From contig CBDFJG010000003.1 of assembly GCA_965248445.1 (NCBI GenBank), positions 1,248,001 to 1,312,000 on the forward strand: a stretch of DNA of 64,000 nucleotides, given 5' to 3'. Position 1 is the first letter of the stretch; every line of letters begins with the position of its first letter. Below the pieces are notes generated by a model. It was given only the letters and a program-made list of their open reading frames with translations, did no database searches and was not told where the DNA came from. This DNA is from Planctomycetota bacterium. GTDB taxonomy: Bacteria > Planctomycetota > JAJSAM01 > JAJVHW01. Shown here piece after piece: positions 39,618-49,222 of the stretch. Made by a program: the position numbers and the translations under genes.

Positions 39618-41032
39618 CGAAACCAGCGCGGGCCTTGTGGCGTGTCCTCGACCGTGATCCCGCGCGCCGCGAGCTCGTCGCGGATGCGGTCGGACTCGGA
39701 CCAGTCACGCGCATCGCGTGCTGCGTCGCGCGCGGACACCAGCGCATCGATCTCGGCGTCGTCGTCCCCACCGCTGTCCTGACTCAGCAGATCGAGACCG
39801 AGCACCTCGTCGAAGTGCGCGAACGTCTCGCGAAGCAGCGCAGCGTCCGCTCCTGAGAACGGGCCGTGGCGGTTGACGAGCGCGCGGTATCCGTGCACGA
39901 CGGAGAGCGCCTTGGAGATGTTCAGGTCGTCCTGCAGCGCCGCGACGAACGCAGCGCGGGCGGGCGCGCTCGCTTCTGCGAACTCCGAATCGTCGGCAGC
40001 GTCGCCGTCGGTGACCACGCCGCGCAAGCAGGCATCGAGGCCCTCCACGGCACTCACGGCCGCGTCAAGCCCCTCCCACGTGAAGTTGATCGGCAGCCGG
40101 TAGTGCGTGCTCATCAGCGCGTAGCGCATGGCGCGCATCGAGTACCCGCGGTCGACCACGTCCCCCAGTTCGTACTTCGTGCCCTTGGACTTGGCCATCT
40201 TGGCGCCGTCGACGAGGAGGTGGCGGCAGTGCAGCCAGAAGCGCACCCACGACTTGCCCGTGTAGCCCTCGGTCTGCGCAATCTCGCACTCGTGGTGCGG
40301 GAACACGTTGTCCTCGCCCCCGGTGTGGATGTCGAACTGCTCGCCCAGGTACTTGCGCGACATGGCGGAGCACTCGATGTGCCATCCCGGGAAGCCGCGA
40401 CCCCACGGTGAGTCCCACTGCATCTGGTGTTTGGGGTCGCGCTTCCATAGCGCGAAGTCGGCCGGGTGACGCTTCTCGTCGACCACAGCCACGCGGGCGC
40501 CCGCCACAAGTGCCTCGAGGGTGTTCCCCGAGAGCCGACCGTAGGCGGGGAACGACTCGACGGAGTAGTAGACGTTGCCCGCCTCCGTCACGTACGCGTG
40601 CTCGTTCGCCACGAGCCCCTCGATCATCTCGATCATCTCGGACACGTGGTCAGTGGCTTTCGGATACGCGTGCGCGCGGCGCAGGTTGAGCAGGGCCACG
40701 CCCTCGAGGAACTCCTCCGTGTACTTGCGCGAGATGTCCCAGGCGGTCAGCCCGGTAGCGCGGGAGGCCGCCTCCATCTTGTCCTCGCCGCTCTCGATGT
40801 CGTCGAGGGTCAGGTGCCCGACATCGGTGATGTTCATCACCTGCCGGACCTCGTAGCCACCGAGTTCGAGCGACCGCCGGAGCAGATCCCAGCACACGCT
40901 CGCGCGCCAGTTCCCGATCTGCAGCGTCGCGTAGACCGTCGGGCCGCAGTTGTACATGTGCACGCGGTCGGGCTGCAGCGGCTGGAACTCGCGCGTCGTG
41001 CGGGTCAACGAGTCGTGGAAGTGGAACGGCAT
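39614..41032 (-). CDS. cysS: Cysteine--tRNA ligase
   Basis: [46 protein letters not shown]. Confidence 0.97.
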   Translation of the reverse strand: MPFHFHDSLTRTTREFQPLQPDRVHMYNCGPTVYATLQIGNWRASVCWDLLRRSLELGGYEVRQVMNITDVGHLTLDDIESGEDKMEAASRATGLTAWDISRKYTEEFLEGVALLNLRRAHAYPKATDHVSEMIEMIEGLVANEHAYVTEAGNVYYSVESFPAYGRLSGNTLEALVAGARVAVVDEKRHPADFALWKRDPKHQMQWDSPWGRGFPGWHIECSAMSRKYLGEQFDIHTGGEDNVFPHHECEIAQTEGYTGKSWVRFWLHCRHLLVDGAKMAKSKGTKYELGDVVDRGYSMRAMRYALMSTHYRLPINFTWEGLDAAVSAVEGLDACLRGVVTDGDAADDSEFAEASAPARAAFVAALQDDLNISKALSVVHGYRALVNRHGPFSGADAALLRETFAHFDEVLGLDLLSQDSGGDDDAEIDALVSARDAARDARDWSESDRIRDELAARGITVEDTPQGPRWFR

Positions 41033-41058
41033 TCGTGTGGGTCCCGTGCAGAGCGCGC

Positions 41059-41541
41059 TCAGGAGGAGAGGAGGACGACGGCACGCGCTTCGATCGCGCG
41101 GCCGGCACCGATCTCGCCGAGTCCCTCCGCGGTCTTCGCGGACAGTCCGACGCGATCCACGGGGAGGCCGAGCATAGCGGCGACGCTCTCGCGGATGCGT
41201 ACCTTCGCGGGGCCCAGCCGCGGCCGCTCCGCCACGACCACGGCGCTGACCGACGCCACGCGGAGGCCCAGCCGGGTGACGCGCTCGAGCGCGGCCGTGA
41301 CGAACGTGCGCGAGTCGGCACCCGCCGTGGCGGGGTCACCCGGCGGGAACAGGTCGCCGACGTCACCTGCGCCGCATGCCGAGAGGAGGGCGTCGGTCAC
41401 CGCGTGCAGCAGCACGTCTCCGTCGCTGTGACCGACCGCGTGCACCTCGGCGTCGATGCGCACCCCGCCCAGCATGAGTGGCCCGCCCTCTTCCAGGCGG
41501 TGCATGTCCACGCCCAGCCCGACGCGCGGTGCGTCAGTCAT
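41059..41541 (-). CDS. ispF: MECDP synthase
   Basis: VGLGVDMH, GHSDGDVLLHAVTDALL, GDVGDLFP, KTAEGLG. Confidence 0.95.
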   Translation of the reverse strand: MTDAPRVGLGVDMHRLEEGGPLMLGGVRIDAEVHAVGHSDGDVLLHAVTDALLSACGAGDVGDLFPPGDPATAGADSRTFVTAALERVTRLGLRVASVSAVVVAERPRLGPAKVRIRESVAAMLGLPVDRVGLSAKTAEGLGEIGAGRAIEARAVVLLSS

Positions 41542-42265
41542 TGATGATCGTCAGCTTGGCCGTGAGGAACCGCACCACCATCTCCAGGTCCGTGGGCACG
41601 GTGATCTTCGCGTTCCAGCCTCTCGTCTCGACCACCTGCACGAACCCGCCGGTCTGCTCGATCAGGCACGCGTCGTCGCTGACCTCGGTTCCGGCGGCCA
41701 GAGCCTCTTCATGCGCCTTGCGCAGAAGGACGGTGTGGAACGCCTGGGGCGTCTCGGCGAGCCAGAGTCCGTCACGCTCTTCCGTCCCTTCGATCCGCCG
41801 GGTCGGGTTCACGCGCTTCAGCGTGTCACGAACCGGCCGCCCGGCGATCGCCGCTCCGCCGTCGTGCGCCGCCTGCACGACGCGCAACACGATCTCCTCA
41901 CGAACCAGGGGCCGAGCCGCATCGTGGACGGCAACCACCGGAATGCGGTCGGGGACTCCGGAAAGACCCGCGCGCACCGAGTCCTGACGCCGCACGCCGC
42001 CCGCGATCACGATGGTGTCCGCGAGGCCTGCTTCCTTGACCTCGGCAGTCACCTGCATGACGCGGTCGGCCGACGTGACGAGCACCAGTCGCTCGCATCC
42101 GGGAGTGCCGCGCAGGGTCTCTGCCGCGTGCCGCCAAACGGGCTTGCCCACCAGGTCGAAGAAGACCTTCGGGAGTCCCCCGCCGAACCGCTCGCCCCTG
42201 CCGGCCATGACGAGCACTGCAGCAAAGCGGACCGGCGACTGAGTGTCGGACGGCGTTTCTGGCAT
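41534..42265 (-). CDS. ispD: MEP cytidylyltransferase
   Basis: AGRGERFG..PK, GGVRRQDSV, VHDAARP, ETPQAF, SDDA, NAKITVPTDL. Confidence 0.95.
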   Translation of the reverse strand: MPETPSDTQSPVRFAAVLVMAGRGERFGGGLPKVFFDLVGKPVWRHAAETLRGTPGCERLVLVTSADRVMQVTAEVKEAGLADTIVIAGGVRRQDSVRAGLSGVPDRIPVVAVHDAARPLVREEIVLRVVQAAHDGGAAIAGRPVRDTLKRVNPTRRIEGTEERDGLWLAETPQAFHTVLLRKAHEEALAAGTEVSDDACLIEQTGGFVQVVETRGWNAKITVPTDLEMVVRFLTAKLTIIND

Positions 42266-42338
42266 GGCGCGATGCTACCCCCGCAGGGTCCGGACCACGC
42301 CTCCCGGCCGCGGGGTCTCCCGCTGCTAACGTCCACAG

Positions 42339-42854
42339 GTGGCCGCCGCACCCGTCCGTCGCATTCTCGGGGTCGATCCGGGCACCCGTATCACCGGCTG
42401 GGGCATCGTCGACGTCAACGGGAATGCGGTCCGTCTGGTCGCCGCGGGGTACGTCAAGACCAAGGGCCCCGAGATGGCCAACCGTCTGGCCGAGATCCAG
42501 ACCGCCATCGCGGACGTCATCGCGAGGCACACCCCCGGTGGCCTGGCGGTCGAGACCCCGTACGTCGGGAAGAACCCGCGCTCGGCGCTGGCAATCGGCA
42601 TGGCGCGGGGAGCCGCACTCGTCGCGGCGGCGCTGGCGGACATGCCCGTGCACGAGTACCCACCCTCGACGGTGAAGAAGTCCGTCGTAGGGCGCGGCGG
42701 CGCGTCGAAGGAGCAGGTCTCTGCCATGGTGCGGGTCTTGCTCGGTCTCCAGGCGGTACCCGAGCCCGCGGACGTGACCGATGCGTTGGCGGTCGCCCTG
42801 GCGCACGCGCACCGGTTACGCTCCGCCGGTCCCCCGCCGCGCGCTCGCACGTAG
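42339..42854 (+). CDS. ruvC: Holliday junction resolvase RuvC
   Basis: ILGVDPG, AVE, VKKSVVGRGGASKEQV, DVTDALAVAL. Confidence 0.95.
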   Translation: MAAAPVRRILGVDPGTRITGWGIVDVNGNAVRLVAAGYVKTKGPEMANRLAEIQTAIADVIARHTPGGLAVETPYVGKNPRSALAIGMARGAALVAAALADMPVHEYPPSTVKKSVVGRGGASKEQVSAMVRVLLGLQAVPEPADVTDALAVALAHAHRLRSAGPPPRART

Positions 42855-42901
42855 ATTCCCACGTAGTTTCCATCGGAGCACCCGACTCGAGCTCAGCCCA
42901 C

Positions 42902-43774
42902 ATGGCCTCCCGATCAACCCTGCTCGCTGGAATCGTCGGCATCGCGACGATCATCTCGCTCGGCCTCTACGCCGTTCTGGCTCCCCGCGTGTCGGACGAT
43001 TCTGAAGTGGGGACCGGCGGCGCTGACCCCGCGTCGGCACCGACGGTCGTGATGGTCGACGCGCACGAAGCGGCGCGCGCCCGCCACGGTCTGCCATGGC
43101 CGTTCGAGGCCTTCGCTCGCGAGATCGCCCTGGTGCGGCGGCCGGACGCAGACGCTGCCCGCGCGGAGTACAAGGCCAAGCTCCAGGAGTCCGGCGAGTC
43201 ATGGGAGAAGACGCGATTCTCCATCACCGTCGTGAACCAGCGTCTTCAGGACATCATCCCGGTCCTGGCGTCGCACTTCACGCACACGCCGACGAAGGTG
43301 TACACGCCGCCGCCGCACTTCGAGGACGAGATGCGCTTCAGCCTGGACATGCTGGACGTCACTCTCAAGGACGTCGTCCAGTCGCTGCACGCGCAGAGCT
43401 TGGAGCGCCTTCAGTACGACATCCTGCCCCACGGCATCGTGATCGGGACGCAGAACGCCGTGATCGAGGCTCGGATGAAGTCGCACGAGTGGCGAGCGCG
43501 GATCAAGGAGCGCAAGCCGGGCGCCGACGATCCCCTCTTGAACGTCTCGTACCGCCCCGACTTCGACGGCGCACACATCGGCGCCGTGATCCGCGACATT
43601 CGTGACAAGACCGACATCGAGGTGATCGTCGGCCGGATCGTGTGGGGCCGACCCGTCAAGCTGGAGTGGCGCAGCGACCCGATGCCGCTGCGGGACGCGC
43701 TGAACGCGCTCGCAAAGCGTCTGCGTTCGAACTGGTATCTGCACGAAGGCCGCATCTTCATCCTCGCGCGATAG
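42902..43774 (+). CDS. Membrane-anchored protein with two STN/secretin-N0-like domains
   Basis: N-terminal TM; repeated pattern ...DVTLKDVVQSL..YDILPHGIVI and ...PMPLRDALNAL..WYLHEGRIFI. Confidence 0.6.
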   Translation: MASRSTLLAGIVGIATIISLGLYAVLAPRVSDDSEVGTGGADPASAPTVVMVDAHEAARARHGLPWPFEAFAREIALVRRPDADAARAEYKAKLQESGESWEKTRFSITVVNQRLQDIIPVLASHFTHTPTKVYTPPPHFEDEMRFSLDMLDVTLKDVVQSLHAQSLERLQYDILPHGIVIGTQNAVIEARMKSHEWRARIKERKPGADDPLLNVSYRPDFDGAHIGAVIRDIRDKTDIEVIVGRIVWGRPVKLEWRSDPMPLRDALNALAKRLRSNWYLHEGRIFILAR

Positions 43775-43783
43775 GACGGTGAC

Positions 43784-44536
43784 GTGGCTGCGAGCGATTG
43801 CCGTGCACTGGTACTCCGGACGATCGAGTTCGCAGAGAACAGCCAGATCGCGCACCTGTTCACCGACCGCGAGGGTCGCGTGCACGGGATCGCGAAGGGC
43901 GCGCGCCGGCAGAAGAGCACCTTCCACGGAGGCATGGACCTCCTCCAACTGGGTGCCCTTCGACTCTACTCGCGGCGGCCGAACGCGGGCCTTCGCACGC
44001 TCGCGTCATTCCGGGTGGAGACGCACTTCCCCGGCGTGCGCCGCTCGGTCCCCCGCTTCCGCGCCGCGGAACACGTGCGCGCGCTGCTGCTCGGGTTCCT
44101 CCGCGAGGAGCACCCGGCGCCGGAGATCTTCGAGTTGTCGGTGTCGGCTCTACGCCTGATCGAGGTGGCCAGAGACACCCAGTGCGGCGGACTCGCGGCG
44201 GGCTTCGAGGCGATGCTCCTCGGCCTCGCGGGATTCGCACCCGAACTGACGCAATGCGTGCGGTGCGAGCGCGAGGCCCGCAACATCGTGACGGCCCGGC
44301 TCTCCGTGTTGCGCGGCGGCCTGCTATGCCGGAATTGCCGAGGAGAGGACCCGGGCGCTCCGGAGATGTCCGGACGCGCGGTCGCGTCACTCGTCACCCT
44401 CGGGAGCGGACCGCTCGCCCACGCCGTCCGACTGCCGGATGAACCGGGTTTGCGGCGTGAGATCCGCAGCGCACTCGCACGGTGGACGAGCGCCATACTC
44501 GACCGGCGGCTCGCGACGCACGACGCCGTCAGCTGA
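43784..44536 (+). CDS. recO: DNA repair protein RecO
   Basis: LVLRTIEFAENSQIAHLFT..GIAKGARR; GFAPELTQCVRC..GGLLCRNC. Confidence 0.92.
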   Translation: MAASDCRALVLRTIEFAENSQIAHLFTDREGRVHGIAKGARRQKSTFHGGMDLLQLGALRLYSRRPNAGLRTLASFRVETHFPGVRRSVPRFRAAEHVRALLLGFLREEHPAPEIFELSVSALRLIEVARDTQCGGLAAGFEAMLLGLAGFAPELTQCVRCEREARNIVTARLSVLRGGLLCRNCRGEDPGAPEMSGRAVASLVTLGSGPLAHAVRLPDEPGLRREIRSALARWTSAILDRRLATHDAVS

Positions 44537-44628
44537 GGCGAGAGAGTCTCGATACGACGCGGCTGGGGTGAGGTAGGATCGCGGCCCCTTCGGAGAGGGC
44601 CACGAGGGGACGGAGGGGTCGTTCTCGC

Positions 44629-45621
44629 ATGCTGGATCGCACAGCACATCGGACTGGGACGAGCGCACGGCGCGCACGTGGAACGCCCCTGCGCGTGTTC
44701 GCGCAGATCGCCGTAGTTGTCGCACTTCTGGCGGGCTGCTCGATCTTCAGCGGATCCGACCCCGGGTCCGTCGACGCCGACTCTCGCTACGAAGAGGCCC
44801 GTGACCTGTTCCGGCGCGAAGAGTGGAAGGCGGCCGAGGGCGCGTTCGGTCGGATCTGGCGCGCGGACCCGGACGGTCCGCTCGCCGCCGATGCGCGCTT
44901 CTACGAAGCCGAGGCGCGCTACGGTCGCGGGAAGTACGACGGGGCGTTCCAGCTCTACAAGCAATACGTCGAGAACTTCCCTCTCTCACAACACTCCCCG
45001 CGCGTCCAGCAGCGGCTGTTCGACATCGGTACGTTCACGCTCGAGGGCGGGCAGGGCACGGTGCTGGGAGTCTTCTCCTCGACCGAAGGCGGCGTCGAGT
45101 ACCTCGAGTACCTCGTGTCCGCGTTCCCCAACGGGGACCTCGCGGACGACGCGCTGATGCGTCTCGCCGACTACGAGATCGGCAATCGAGGAGAGCAGTC
45201 GGCGATCACGCACCTGCACGATCTGCTCGACTACTATCCCGGCAGCGAGTGGCGCCTGCGGGCTCGACTCGAATTGGCGCGGGCCTACCGTCGCCTGACT
45301 CGAGGGACGAGCTACGACGGCGACGCGCTGAATCGGGCGGCCGCGCAGTATCGGACGTACATCGAGATCGTCAGCGCGGACCAGGCGCGCGCCGCGGACC
45401 ACGCTTCGGATCTCACCGCGGCTCGGTCCGAGTACGTCGAGATCCAGGAGTCACTGGCGCGTAAGCTGCTCGAGTCTGCCGAGTACTATCTGCGCACCGG
45501 AAAGACGGACGCGGCCCGCGCCCAGTATCGCAACGTGATCCGGGAGCATCCGGACAGTCCCGTCGCCGACGAAGCGCGTGCGGCGCTTGCCGGCATCCCG
45601 GGGGGAGGAGACGCGAAGTGA
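44629..45621 (+). CDS. bamD: BamD-like TPR outer-membrane lipoprotein (start may be 44695)
   Basis: LAG-C lipobox, TPR motifs, YYLRTGK..ARAQYRNVIREHPDS. Confidence 0.8.
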   Translation: MLDRTAHRTGTSARRARGTPLRVFAQIAVVVALLAGCSIFSGSDPGSVDADSRYEEARDLFRREEWKAAEGAFGRIWRADPDGPLAADARFYEAEARYGRGKYDGAFQLYKQYVENFPLSQHSPRVQQRLFDIGTFTLEGGQGTVLGVFSSTEGGVEYLEYLVSAFPNGDLADDALMRLADYEIGNRGEQSAITHLHDLLDYYPGSEWRLRARLELARAYRRLTRGTSYDGDALNRAAAQYRTYIEIVSADQARAADHASDLTAARSEYVEIQESLARKLLESAEYYLRTGKTDAARAQYRNVIREHPDSPVADEARAALAGIPGGGDAK

Positions 45622-46130
45622 GACTCCGCATGCAAGACGTCCTCGCGGGCCTGGGAGGCCTGCTGCTGAGCGGGATACTCCTGAGCGGTTGCGGCTACCG
45701 TGTCGGCTCGCTGGTTCCTTCGAACCACTCCACGATCGCCGTGCCGATCTTCGACAACACGACCGAGCGCCACGATCTCGAGTGGGAGGTGACGCGCGCC
45801 GTCGTCGAGGAACTGCAGTCACGCAGCCACCTCGTCGTCGTGAGCGAGCGGGACAATCCGGATCTTGTCCTCACCGGCACATTGGTCCGGGTCGACGAGG
45901 ACCTCCTCTCCCGACGGAAGTACCAGCGACCTCGCGAGAACGCGCTCTTCCTCTCCGCGGACATCGCCGTGACGGACGCGAAGACGGGACAGGCCGTGGT
46001 CGCGAAGAAGCGTGTCACCGAACGCGAGTCGTACTCACCGCTCGTCGGCGAGAGCATCAGATCCGCGCGGCAAGAGGCCGTGCGCACGCTCGCGGAGCGC
46101 GTCGTCCAAGCGCTCGAAGAGGGCTTCTGA
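45618..46130 (+). CDS. lptE: LptE-family LPS-assembly lipoprotein
   Basis: LSG-CGY, TIAVPIFDNTT, LAERVVQALE. Confidence 0.8.
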   Translation: MRLRMQDVLAGLGGLLLSGILLSGCGYRVGSLVPSNHSTIAVPIFDNTTERHDLEWEVTRAVVEELQSRSHLVVVSERDNPDLVLTGTLVRVDEDLLSRRKYQRPRENALFLSADIAVTDAKTGQAVVAKKRVTERESYSPLVGESIRSARQEAVRTLAERVVQALEEGF

Positions 46131-47065
46131 CCAGCTCCCCGCAGCCCGCGTCATCCTCTCCGACGATCCCTCTCCGGCCGCGCCACGAGATTCCGCTGCC
46201 CGGGGGCGAGAGCCTCGTCCTGGGAGAGCGCACACTGCTCATGGGCGTGGTCAACGTGACGCCCGACTCTTTCAGCGACGGCGGCGCTCACCTGGATCCG
46301 GAGACCGCGGTCACGCACGCGCTGCAGCTCGTGGACGAGGGCGCAGACCTGCTCGACATCGGGGGCGAGAGCACGCGCCCCGGCGCACGTCAGATCCCCG
46401 CCGACGAGCAGATCCGGCGCACGGTCCCGGTCATCCGGGCTCTCTCGGCGCGGGCCGCGCACGTCCCGATCTCGATCGATACGCGTAGCGCGGCGGTCGC
46501 CCGAGCGGCCATCGCAGCGGGCGCGTCGATCGTGAACGACGTCGCGGGTCTCGATCACGACCCGGACATGCGCGCGGCTGTCACGGAGCTGAGGTGCCCG
46601 GTCATCGTGATGCACATGCGGGGGACGCCGGAGGACATGCGAGCGCAGACGGTGTACGCGAACGTCGTCGAAGACGTCGCCGCGGAACTGGCGGCACTCA
46701 TCGAGCGCGCCCATCGGGCCGGGATCGAGCACGTCATCGCCGATCCCGGGATCGGCTTCTCGAAGACGGCCGAGCAGAGCGCCGCGCTCTTGGCCGCGAC
46801 CCCGCGACTGCTGGCACTCGGCGCACCGCTGCTCCTGGGGACGTCGCGCAAGAGCTTCCTCCAGCTTGCAACGGGCGATCGCGACGGGCCCCCGTCCGAG
46901 ACGAGGCTCCACGCGACGGTCGCCTCGGTCACGGCCGCCGCCCTCCTCGGGGCGCACATTGTGCGTGTCCACGACGTCGCCGCCTGCCGCGACGCAGTCC
47001 GGCTGGCCGACGTTCTCCGCGAGGCTGCCGGCGCCGACGAGAAGCTGGGTTCCGGCCGCTCGTGA
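46127..47065 (+). CDS. folP: Dihydropteroate synthase (start uncertain; first ATG at 46241)
   Basis: MGVVNVTPDSFSDGG, DIGGESTRPG, SIDT, DPGIGFSK, GTSRKSF, RVHDV. Confidence 0.95.
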   Translation: MTSSPQPASSSPTIPLRPRHEIPLPGGESLVLGERTLLMGVVNVTPDSFSDGGAHLDPETAVTHALQLVDEGADLLDIGGESTRPGARQIPADEQIRRTVPVIRALSARAAHVPISIDTRSAAVARAAIAAGASIVNDVAGLDHDPDMRAAVTELRCPVIVMHMRGTPEDMRAQTVYANVVEDVAAELAALIERAHRAGIEHVIADPGIGFSKTAEQSAALLAATPRLLALGAPLLLGTSRKSFLQLATGDRDGPPSETRLHATVASVTAAALLGAHIVRVHDVAACRDAVRLADVLREAAGADEKLGSGRS

Positions 47066-47157
47066 TGCCGGCCGCGTCAGGGTAGACTCCGCGCCACGCC
47101 GAGGCGGGCCTGACGGCGAGAGGCCGGGCCCGCCGTCTGCGTTGGGGAGGCACCGGT

Positions 47158-48042
47158 TTGGATCTCAGTCAGTACCTGCCGCGTACAGGAAGCGACTGGA
47201 TCCAGCTTGCGGTCATCTTCGTCGCGATCTTCGGGCTCCTGCGGCTCGCCCGCGGAACCATCGCCGGGAGCATCCTCCGCGGTGCGATCCTCACCATGGC
47301 CGGCGTCTCGGTCGTGCTGTTCTTCGTCATCGACTTTTTCGAATTCGAGGTCCTGAAGCTCCTCCTCCAGAACTTGATCACCCTGATCGGTGTCGCACTC
47401 GTCGTCGTGTTCCAGCCCGAGTTGCGGCGAGGTCTCCTCGCACTCGGCGAACACAAGCTCTTCGACCGCTTTCGGGCGCGACCGAGGACCTGCATCGAAG
47501 CGCTGTCGAAAGCCGTCGCGAACCTCGCTCGCGAACGCCACGGCGCGTTGTTCGCAATCGAACGCCGCGCTGCCCTCCACCACATCGTCTCGACCGGCGT
47601 GCCCATCGACGCCCAGGCCTCTGCCGAGCTGCTGGCGAACATCTTCTGGTACGGGGCGCCGTTGCACGACGGCGGTGTGGTCCTTCGCGAGGATCGCGTG
47701 GTGGCGGGTGCGTGCATCTTCCCGCTGGCGGAGCGCCGCGACCTCTCCTCCCGCTACGGCACACGGCACCGTGCCGGCATCGGCATGTCGGAGGAGAGCG
47801 ACGCCGTCGTCGTCGTGGTGAGCGAGGAGACCGGGCGCGTGTCCGTGGCCGTCGAGGGGGATCTGCAGGTCGTCGATCCGCCTTCGGACATCGCGCGCGT
47901 CCTGCAGGGCCTGCTCGCATCGACGGCGTCGCCGAAGAAGCCGCCTGAGCCCGAGGAGCCCGACGGTTCAGACCCCGATCCGGAGGCGGAGACAACCGAA
48001 GCGCCCGGCGACATCGACGAGCGCGAAGGAGAAGCCGCATGA
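47158..48042 (+). CDS. cdaA: Diadenylate cyclase CdaA/DacA
   Basis: Three TM segments, VFQPELRRGL, PLHDGG, GTRHRA, VSEETG. Confidence 0.93.
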   Translation: MDLSQYLPRTGSDWIQLAVIFVAIFGLLRLARGTIAGSILRGAILTMAGVSVVLFFVIDFFEFEVLKLLLQNLITLIGVALVVVFQPELRRGLLALGEHKLFDRFRARPRTCIEALSKAVANLARERHGALFAIERRAALHHIVSTGVPIDAQASAELLANIFWYGAPLHDGGVVLREDRVVAGACIFPLAERRDLSSRYGTRHRAGIGMSEESDAVVVVVSEETGRVSVAVEGDLQVVDPPSDIARVLQGLLASTASPKKPPEPEEPDGSDPDPEAETTEAPGDIDEREGEAA

Positions 48043-49100
48043 GGCATGACCACGGAGCCGCAGGCAGCCTGTATCTGGTCGTCGTCGCAGCCGTCCTCTC
48101 ATGGTCGCTCTGGTTCATCACGCGCCAGGAGATCAGTGACACGCACACGGTGACGGTGTCGGTGCAAGCCGTCGTCGAGGACGCCAACGACCTGCGCGCC
48201 ATGGTGACCAAGGGTCGTGAAGTCCGCATCACCGTCGAGGGCCCCGTCGGCGACATCAACGCTCTGCGGCTCCTCGAGTCCAAGACCGCTCGGGCCTACG
48301 TGGGCGAGGACGACATCGCCGCGGGCGAGGGCGAGGGCAACGTGCAGGTGCAGCTGGAGGATCTCCAGTTCGAGCAGCTGGACCAGTTCGAGAACACGCA
48401 CGCGATCGCGATGGAGCCGGACAAGGTCCACGTGCGGATCACGCGGTTCGTCGATCGAGAAGTCAACGTGCTCCCGCCGGTGATCCCCGACGCGGACTTC
48501 CCCGGCTTCGTGATCGATCTCGAGCACGTGCCCGCGAAGGTCCGTGTGCAGGGCCCGAAGCTCCGCTTCAAGTTCGCCGACCTGGCGACGTCGATCAACG
48601 AGGATCAACTGCGCAACGTCGTCGCGGACATGCAGGACGAAGCGATCCGCACGCAGGTGATCGACCTCTTGCCGATCAAGCAGGACGGCACGGTGTACGG
48701 CCCGGATGTCGTGCTCACCGAGCGGCTCGTCGCCACCGTGAAGATCACGCACGTGCGCAAGAGGGAGGTGTGGGTGAACCTCTCGATCCTCGCCCCCACG
48801 GGCGCAGCGGCGGTCTCCGGTGTCTTCAAGTTCTCGAACGTCAACCGCGTGAAGAAGGGCGACGCGTTCGATCCCGGCGGCGACGGCAAACCCGCGCGTC
48901 TCCGCGTGGAGCTGCAGGGGGCGACGCGCGCGCTCGAACAACTCCCGGAGGAGGGTCTCGAAGCCTTCGTCATGGCCGCCGAACTCCTGGACGAATCGGG
49001 GCAGCCGAAGGAAGGCGCCCGGAAAGTGCGCACGCTGGAACTGCCCGCCGGAGTGTCGCTCGCCGGGGTGTACCTACTCGAGATCGACGTCGAGAACTGA
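48039..49100 (+). CDS. CdaR/YbbR-like regulator
   Basis: N-terminal TM (SLWF), repeated V.ITVEGP / VRVQGP / RVELQG units; sits between cdaA and glmM. Confidence 0.7.
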   Translation: MRHDHGAAGSLYLVVVAAVLSWSLWFITRQEISDTHTVTVSVQAVVEDANDLRAMVTKGREVRITVEGPVGDINALRLLESKTARAYVGEDDIAAGEGEGNVQVQLEDLQFEQLDQFENTHAIAMEPDKVHVRITRFVDREVNVLPPVIPDADFPGFVIDLEHVPAKVRVQGPKLRFKFADLATSINEDQLRNVVADMQDEAIRTQVIDLLPIKQDGTVYGPDVVLTERLVATVKITHVRKREVWVNLSILAPTGAAAVSGVFKFSNVNRVKKGDAFDPGGDGKPARLRVELQGATRALEQLPEEGLEAFVMAAELLDESGQPKEGARKVRTLELPAGVSLAGVYLLEIDVEN

Positions 49101-49222
49101 GTTTCGCGGCGCACCCGCCGGGATCCGGCTGCCCCCTGGCCTCGAAGTCGTAGGATTCGAACCCCCCGTCGAACGTCCGCGGCATCGTCGCGGACCGATC
49201 CCCCGCGCCCCCACCCAACGCG

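Noticed and set aside
41456..42901. N-terminal part of the 772-aa ORF, and similar extensions of 2564-4723, 29139-31040, 33349-34776 and 24709-26289
   Set aside because: They overlap real genes; the true starts are downstream, so these are not fusions
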